Source of the DNA: Eledone cirrhosa
Lineage: Eukaryota
DNA length: 64,000 bases
Assembly (NCBI GenBank): GCA_964016885.1
Contig: OZ024741.1
Location: 59,954,001-60,018,000, forward strand
Reading direction: 5' to 3'
The position numbers and the translations under genes were made by a program. Shown piece after piece: positions 55,741-64,000 of the stretch. The notes below the pieces were generated by a model that ran no database searches, was not told where the DNA came from, and saw only the letters and a list, made by a program, of their open reading frames with translations. Every line of letters begins with the position of its first letter. The first letter of the stretch is position 1.

Positions 55741-56310
55741 CTAGCAGTAAAGCCCGGCGTTGCTCGGGGTCGCTCAGTAGCTGTGTTAAAGTTACAATGT
55801 TAAGTTTCTTTTTTGGCTTAAAGTCTGTCTGAACGACTGTCTGTCTGCACGCCTAACGAAATTTACAGATACATATATTTTAAATAAACTTATATAATTT
55901 TTGCTTTTTTTTACGAAATATTTGCTTGTTTTACGTAGTCTTTAAATAGACTTGTTTTCAAGTAAAAATATTGTTTTAAAATGCTTTTAAATGGAAATGA
56001 AGCAAAACGGAAGCTTAGTGTTCGAACTTATGAATTTTGCAGGTCAAAATTTTGCTGGCTCGACAACGTAAGACGCTCAATGTAAACAGAACAAAGGGAA
56101 ATAACTCGTCACTTACGCTCAAAAATCGATACATTAGATTCGATTTCGTCACATAGAATGGGTCAATTTGAAATATTTTTTTCCGATGTCTTCGCTAGGG
56201 CTCAATGTACAAGTATAGCAATTTCGGTGCAATTCCGTCAGAGATTCTAAGAGGAGATGTGTGCCAAAAATCGATAGACAGACAGACAACCACAGCTTTA
56301 TATATATAGA
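55741..56310 (-). mobile_element. Non-autonomous Helitron
   Basis: Minus strand starts TCTATATATATAAA and ends with hairpin CCCGAGCAACGCCGGG + 8 nt + CTAG, followed by T. Confidence 0.8.
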
Positions 56311-57415
56311 CTAGCAGAGGTACCCGGCGTTGCTCGGGTATTAAATAGCAGTTATGTATACCATTTATGTCAATACTTCAGTGCTGCTTCGAAAACTATA
56401 CTTTTATAAACTCATCGACTTTTTCCAAAAGGGGGTTCCTGCCCTCAGGGGTCCCCTACTCAATATGTGCCAATTCTGAGAGTTCACATTCATCTGTAGA
56501 ACAAACGTATCCCATGTGTCAAGTTTTGTGAAAATCGGTTGCGAACTCCAGAAGTTATGACGTTTTTTTTGCATTGCACTGCAGTGCTTCAGTCGACTCC
56601 AAGGAAGTGGTTAAAGGGCGTTATCCGCCGGGAGGCCCTATAATCAATATCTGGAAAAATGAAAGTGTCCATGACCATCCGGAGTACATGAGTAACCTAT
56701 GTCTTAAGTTTGGTGAAAATACTGTAGAAATGCATAAGGTTTACACACACGCGCGCACGCGCACGTGTGTGTGTGTGTATGTGTATGTTCGTCGGTGCAT
56801 ACGTATATACTGGCCTAAATCTTCACTATTTATTTTTACTATGTTAAGGCAAAGTTAAAATCCCGTCGAGGTTAACTTTGCCTTTCATCCTTACGGGGTC
56901 GATAAAATAAAGTACCAGTAATGTACTGTTTAATTGCTGGCCTTGTGCCAAAAGTAGAAACAACTATTTTAATAACCTGTCATTTTCGTTTACAATTTTA
57001 TTTACATCATTCTTAAACTCCGGGGCTGGAAACCATTCGGTTATTTTAAATAGAATATTAGGCTAACGACTCCATTTACACCATAAACTTGGTCTTCTCT
57101 TTGCATGAAATTGTTCTTCTCGGTCCACCGCGTCGTTTATACGTAACATAAATAGATAAGTAAATGACGCCATAAAAGGGAAATAACTCGTCTCTCATCT
57201 CTATTTATACATTTGAACTGAAAAATCAATACATTACAAATTCGATTTTTACACTTGGCGTGGGTCGATTTGAAAATTTATTTGACCGATGGTTCCGCCG
57301 GACCTTCATCTATAAGTGTAGCAATTTCACAGAAATTTGAACGTACGGTTTAAGAGGAGATGTGTGCCGAAGGTTTTAGTAGACAGACAGACAACCTCAG
57401 TTTTATATATATAGA
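56311..57415 (-). mobile_element. Non-autonomous Helitron with an internal SINE fragment (56857-56968, plus strand)
   Basis: Same termini (A|TC start, hairpin, CTAG end). 57177-57415 is similar to 56095-56310. Confidence 0.78.
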
Positions 57416-59547
57416 TTGCCAAACAATGTTTCGTCTTACTTCGGGGCCTTTAATAACGACATTTATGTGGCTAAATAATCAAGTTGATTACAAATAATGT
57501 TACAAGAATTAACGATGGTGACATAGTTGTGTAGGAAGAGTACCAGTTATTTCATCAATGAAACAGCTTGCTTATGAATTAACGTATTAAAGCCTGAACA
57601 TTCCACAGATATATGTAGCCGTAACATAATACTGAAAGAGATTAAGCGAGACACTGTGTATCAAGGCTTCCAATCAGAAAACAGTTTCCATCTACCCGAT
57701 TTTCCTTACCAGGCATCCCATTGCGGGGCATCTATGGAGATGCCACACATCGGGAACGAAGGGGGATCTAATGCTGCGTCCATGAGTTGTGTAGGAATTT
57801 AAAGGAAATCTTAATGTAGAAAATATAAGATTGAAGAAGCAAAAACTGAACTCATCGTAGACGGTTTGTCGGTTAATCTTAATTAGAAGTTCGCAGGAAA
57901 GAGTAACAGTAATAAGTTAAATACATTTGGGGAAAAGAATTACACACAATTTATTCATACATATAAATGAAGAATAGTTATAGTTTAGAAATTTTAATTA
58001 TGAGAGAATGGAGTTACATTAAATTATGTGCTATTCTTAGCTAGTTTTATTAATTAATTATGTATTAATTATGTATTGATGTTGAATTATTCAACATGGT
58101 GTGATAGCGGAGATATTACAGGAAAAATAGCACCACATAAGTAGTAAAATACCCCCAATATCTGATGGAGTCGTCCTGGTACATGGCGTCCCTTGGGCAT
58201 TTTAGAAAGTTGAAATAAATTAGTCAATAGTGCAAGTACTGTAGATATATAACTGAAGTCTAACTAGTTATATTACTAAATCCGGGCAAATACTTATTTT
58301 ACTAAAAGTTATATTATTAAATCCTTTCAGATATATATTTTCAAAGTTATAAGCAATGTCTTTCATAAGAAATATGGCAACGAATGGGCTAATTCATTGT
58401 AGCCTCATTTAGAGTTTTGTTCCAACGAGTGAAATTACGAAATTTCTATGTTAGATATTTATATTGTATTGTCATTGCTGGTAGTAGTGATAGTGTAATT
58501 TCAATTAGATTTGTCATTCCTTGCAGCATAATTCCTCGAAAATATACACTCTGTTGAATTTCCGTGTTTATTATCTTCAACCATTCCATCATTTCATTAC
58601 TTGTTTGCATCCCCTGCTAGACAAAACAGATAAACACACACATATTTTCATACAAACAATGACAGTGACAACGTTATACTTTTAAAAGGTAGGGAATTTC
58701 AATCACGAGAGAGATACAAAATACAAAAATAATAAATTACAAATACTATATAATACATATGTTATTAAAGTAGTACTTGATTTATATCGTTTTCCCTCAA
58801 GTAAGCAAGACTTTTGCATTTAGAAATAAGGAAATGCATCACAAGAGATAGAACACAGTGAATTAAAAATACTATATAATGCGTGTGTTATTATTGTTTG
58901 AGATGTATGCATCCCAATGCAAATTACCATAATATTATTCAATTACTATAAGAAATAGTTGGGAAAATCGAGTACATGACTCCGGTGACATTAAAAATGA
59001 ACAGAGATTACTGCGAGGAATCGAACCTTATATATATTAGATTAGTGGCGATGCATTGATCACTATACTAAAGAGCCTCATTTTAGAAGATTTAAAACCT
59101 ATAATTAAAAATGTAAATAAAGCGGTTGACTTAAGAAACAACGGAAAGTTTTGAAATCTGACTATAGCTGGTATATTCTTACTACTTTTCCTGTAGTAAG
59201 CAATACATGTACTACGAACTGAACTAATGAATTTAAAGTCAGAATGCAAGGATATTAGTTAGATTGAGTGATGATAAGGAAAGATAAATAATTATATTAT
59301 ATTCAGAATTTACTTTATTTATTTGCTGGATATTCGAAATATTGCTAATTTGTCGACATGATTAGTTTTATAGCAATTCTTGTGGACCATAATAAGGTCA
59401 ACTCTCGAGAGAGTTTTATTAATTAGTGTTCATTAGATATTTTTTTTAATTATTATTAACACTGCCTTCTGTATTGTAAGAATTTCTATATTAATTACTA
59501 TTGATACTGCAAGCAATAACAATTACTGAAACAAAAATATATGGCAT

Positions 59548-59586
<39 letters not shown>

Positions 59587-59779
59587 GAAGAAGAAGAAGA
59601 AGAAGAAGAAGAAGACAAATAATAGTTGGAGTCTTGGGAAGTGTGAGTAAAGATCTCAAGAGAGAGAGAGAGAGATTAGAATAGAATCAATAGTTTTTAG
59701 TAAAAAAAAAAACAATTAGCAATAGAAAAACATAGAAAGGAGGGAAATTTAGTAGGTAAATTAGAAAAGGTGATTAGAA

Positions 59780-61790
59780 GTGGCATCGCAACCGACTTGC
59801 CAGCGGTGAAGATTGCACTATACCTTTTCTAAAATGTTAAACACAAAGGTTACATTGTCAGAGCTAAGGCACGTGTTCTAAGAACCAAGGAAACGAATGC
59901 TGTTCGATTGGCCCGTGTGGCAGGGGAGATGTGTTGTAATAGAACCACAATTCAGTCTTTGACTGACTGAAACGAGCACCTGATGGTCGATTCGAAGCGG
60001 GTGTTTCTTTTGCCAGCAATATGCATGGCTCTTTGGGGAAAGTGTGGGGTCGGAGACTGTAGTGCACTTATACAAAGTTCTGCGAAAGCAGATAACATCA
60101 ACCGAGTTTCAGAAAGCTCTAGTCGAATGTACGATGTGCAAATCACAGGTTTGTATGGTCTACTCTGTGAGTTTTACGGGTTATCCTATCTTCTTTAATC
60201 CGTCTACTGCAACTGGCAACAGAATGGGAGCACTTCCTTTTCCGTGAGTCGGGGTGTAGTAACGTTGATGAGAAAAGACGAAAACAAGAGGGACATATTA
60301 GATATCTTCAGGCTCATAACCTTGATATATTTATGATTTTGGCCAAGGTGCTAGCAATGAAGTTGGCGCTTGTTGTCGAGAACCAGGTAAGGAGGCGCAG
60401 ATGTTAGTAATTTGAACCGGGTTCACATACAACAACCTCTACCTCATGCGATACAACACATTCTGGGGATCTTTGATAAATTTGGATATATCTAAATCTT
60501 TGGATTGGTTCCACACTGTTCCTATTTCAGCCGGTTTCGGTCCCGTTTGTGAGGCTGGATCGTTGCAATAAGCAGCATCTGCTTGCTCATCAAAGTCAAT
60601 GGCCTCCTATCAGAACCGTTCCAGATCGCGCGCTTGGTCCATCAGGGATGCCCTCTCTCCTCCCGTGCATAAGTACTTACTCTCGAACATTTAATTCGGA
60701 ACCTCAAGCTGTTGAAGAGCATCCCGCTGGAACAGGGACGTGGAATGGTTGCATCATCATATACGGACAATATCACTGGAATTGTGTCGAACACCTCGGA
60801 AATCAAGTTGGTCGGCAACTTCTTGGAATAAATATAAAAGGTTGATGGGAGCAAAGATCAACCCCGAAAAGTCAGAAGGTTTGCAGCTACGCACAAGTCG
60901 AGCAATGCGGACAGTGGAAGTTCCACTCATGAGTTCTATAGAGGACTTGTGATGGGCAGGTGTGATGACGTTCTCGGAGAGGTTCACCTTATCAATGAAA
61001 TCGAACTAACCAACGTGTCCTGGAGATCTTTCGAGCCGGGGTTTATAGACAACTTCCAGAAATCATTGCCGTCGCAGTTATTGAGCGAGTGGGCTGCCAG
61101 TTCAATACAAATTCTACAGGCATGGAAGTGCGTTCAGAAGGCCCTATCCGAGATGAACGTAGAACAACTAAACCGCTCTGCATGCACTGGTCCAGTGTCC
61201 GTGCATTAATGACATGTGGAATTTTGCCGAACTGCTATTATCACGTGTAGAACGTGATGATCGACAGTTGCCTTCTTTTGGACAGGAAGGGCAGGAAGTT
61301 TTCCTCAGCCATGCGATTGTGGTGAAAGAGCATGTGTGGTGCACGCAGCTGAAATGACTGAAGCTAGACAATTTCCTCTTCGGCCAAGCACTCATCAACT
61401 CCTTCAAGTTCCACTTGGAAATGAAGATGAAAATGGAGAGGAAAATGCTACCCTTAATATATTTGTTAAAAGACGGATGTCTGTAGCGAGGATGGGCTGT
61501 GTGACTGGGCCTACTCTGACCATGCACCTAATGGCTGGATACTTTGGAGAGGAAAGGGACACCCTCCTAGGGTGCTCTTGTGGAGTAGGATGGTTTAGGA
61601 TTGGTGTGGATCCTGAGTCACACCAGGGTAGTACTCGTCCTACTGGGGAATGTTCATTCTCATAATGTTATTGTTATTTGTTATTTGTTATTTGTTATAT
61701 CATTTGTAATCGATTGCATGTAAAACCTCACTGTCTTTATGTTTGTATTGTTCCGCTGTATGATGACCCCTGTAGCCAATAAAGAAATTA
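59780..61790 (+). mobile_element. Degraded L1/Tx1-clade LINE (ORF2 and 3' end)
   Basis: LMRKDENKRDILDIFRLITL, ILAKVLA and VHQGCPLS parallel 45986-46325. The 3' terminus matches that at 31288. Confidence 0.75.
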
Positions 61791-63709
61791 CTGGTATCAT
61801 CATATTCATCATCATCGAGATTATTATTATTATTAGTTTCCAAAGTAAATATGATATTTACGAATCTTCTATCTGTCGAATTTCAACAATGATCTTAGAT
61901 AAACAGAACAATTTTTCTGGTCCGGCAACGATTGTTCCAGTTGCTGAACAGTTACGTTTACATCAACTTAGTTCGCAAGGGGGTTCAATGTGATACAATG
62001 TGTAACAAGTCTGGCCCATTGAATAGCAAGTACAATTCACTTTTGCCAACGTTCGTGAGCCGAACACATGAAAATGATATCCACGACTTCTTAACTGCTA
62101 GATTTTATTTTTTATTCCATTTGCACATCACTGCTTTTCTATTGTTCAGTTGTAGATCAAGAATGGGAAGCATGTACAAACCGTATTCAAAATATCGTTT
62201 TGCTAATCAAGTTGACTAGAAGACAATAAACTTTTGACTTACGCCTCAAAACTAAGTATATGCTTTATTAATCAACATTAGAGATCCATTTTAGTGCAGC
62301 TATTTGCTTTTGATGCCAATCCACCAGAAACCGCCACTAATCCTATGATTCAAAACGGCTTGTTATAAAGTTTATATATTTATCTAAAGATTTTCTATCA
62401 TAATTTTATTTAAAATTATTTCTGTTATGTTATGTTATGTTCCAAATATAAGATTAATGGGAAAATTATATTACTGACTGCATCAAAATTCTTGATTATT
62501 TTCAAAATTATTTGAAAATCATACGCAATGTCTTTTATTAGAAATATGGTAAATAAAGGTTAATCCGGCAGCTTGAACATGACGGGACCAGAATAGAATT
62601 TTTTAGTAATTTAAAATTCTTTAGTACCAGTTTTGATATGAATCATAAATGAAAACTTATTGATCGAACCTACAGTTTGATACCACCTCTCAGTACTATT
62701 AGCATTTATCTCACACCAAATATTTACAAACAAATGCTTTGAGATTAGTTTTAATTATTAAACACAACTTTAGATAACATGATACTATGTATAGCAGTAC
62801 TGGAAATTCGACGTTTTCAGAAATATATACTCATTTACAATATTTTTCAGAATGGTGTTCATCCGAAATTTCGGTCAATTCTATGGTTATCATCAACGAA
62901 TCAAAAAGTCTCTTATTCACTTTTTTGTGGAATTGTGCTATCTAAGACGGCACTACTGGTAGTCGTTTTTTCTCTCATTCAATGAATTTAAAATCATGTT
63001 ATAGTTGGTCCTTCTTTGACCGCTTAACGCCATGTCTCTCTCATTTCCTAGGCATTGTGGTATCCATTCTTGAAACAAGAATTTCTAGCAAGATTGGTCC
63101 TGATTTGGCAGCTCACCTTCCACCACTTTATCATAACCGAGATATTGTAATGATTGCTCCAGTTTTGGCATTATCTCATTACTGGGATATTATTTCCTTA
63201 TTTCCTTATTCTTGTTCCATAAATACTTCCATGGTCGTTGATCAGCGAAACGTTCGATACTTGTTCCCACTTTAAGGTTTTTGATCGGTTTTACACTTTT
63301 CAATGTGGTTCTCTGATCTATCAGATCCTTTCCTCGAATATCTGTGGAACTCTCTCTTTTCTTCTTTCTTAATTAATGGGAAGTAATTCTGAGTGAGTAA
63401 TGGTGGAAGTATTGGCGGTGGTGGTGACACTGAATTTTCGCCACGACCAGGAATACCAAAGGTGTTTTTTTCTAAATTCAAGAAAGCGTTTAAATATAAG
63501 TGTAAATACAGAGGCAACGGAGAGAAGGTCCAGCTTAATCTTGCCAACAAAAGCTCCTTACGATTTAAATACTCAAAAGGTTCAGCAAAAACACACCCAG
63601 AAACCATGTCCTGAATGCAATATGATCCCCTTAAGGTTAAGGTTCGAAATACATGCATGCGGGTGTTTCTTCTCTGAAGACCCGATATCTAGATCGCCCA
63701 AGAGTGTCT

Positions 63710-63775
<66 letters not shown>

Positions 63776-63778
<3 letters not shown>

Positions 63779-64000
63779 GTTCAAGAGTGAACCGATCTTA
63801 AAGGGAGAGAGGGATATAGGCGAGGAGAAGAGAGATTGGTGAATTTATTAGAAGCCAAAAGCGTAAAGGCATGTGCTCAATGTGCAAAAAGCAGTGGAAG
63901 GCAGCTAGATGGCTGGGTCTCATGCAGAGATTAGATGCACAGAGCTAGAAATATTCATTAGCTAAGCAAAGATAAGACCACAAATTTCACAAGGAAGACA
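63776..64000 (-). mobile_element. Tail of the 19008-19325 family abutting (TA)n, running off the window
   Basis: Reverse complement of 19112-19325. Confidence 0.75.

Noticed and set aside
62980-63660. Short ORFs with a QYLGY word suggestive of an LTR-retrotransposon RT or a host exon
   Set aside because: No further motifs, multiple stops, and no supportable splice structure.

Overview
This is eukaryotic, AT-rich DNA made almost entirely of repeats, and I find no supportable host protein-coding gene. The tRNA-derived SINE and the LINE repertoire resemble octopus/cephalopod genomes (inference from recalled repeat families, not a database search). The window is dominated by Penelope-like elements (PLEs) inserted in (TA)n microsatellites. 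These are a frameshifted Naiad-type element (1-4572), two palindromic Neptune-type elements (9741-14432, 25621-30700), GIY-YIG remnants (35705-35923, 44260-44702) and more than a dozen ORF-less fold-back derivatives. By eye I find roughly 25 complete, variant or damaged type I hammerhead ribozyme (HHR) motifs in about ten sequence families. They include minimal HHRs with palindromic stem III, a family with a fixed C-A-G-A-A-G-A core (U4A) and a U3-A8 covariant. The most notable inserts are two ORF-less HHR units with terminal redundancy (about 516 nt at 23383-23918 and about 659 nt at 17959-18634). They look like rolling-circle cDNA copies of small circular RNAs (retrozyme-like) integrated with PLE hallmarks. 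Other elements are a near full-length Dong/R4 LINE, three L1/Tx1 LINEs, RTE fragments, SINEs and a head-to-tail pair of non-autonomous Helitrons. All RNA structures were folded manually and none is experimentally tested.
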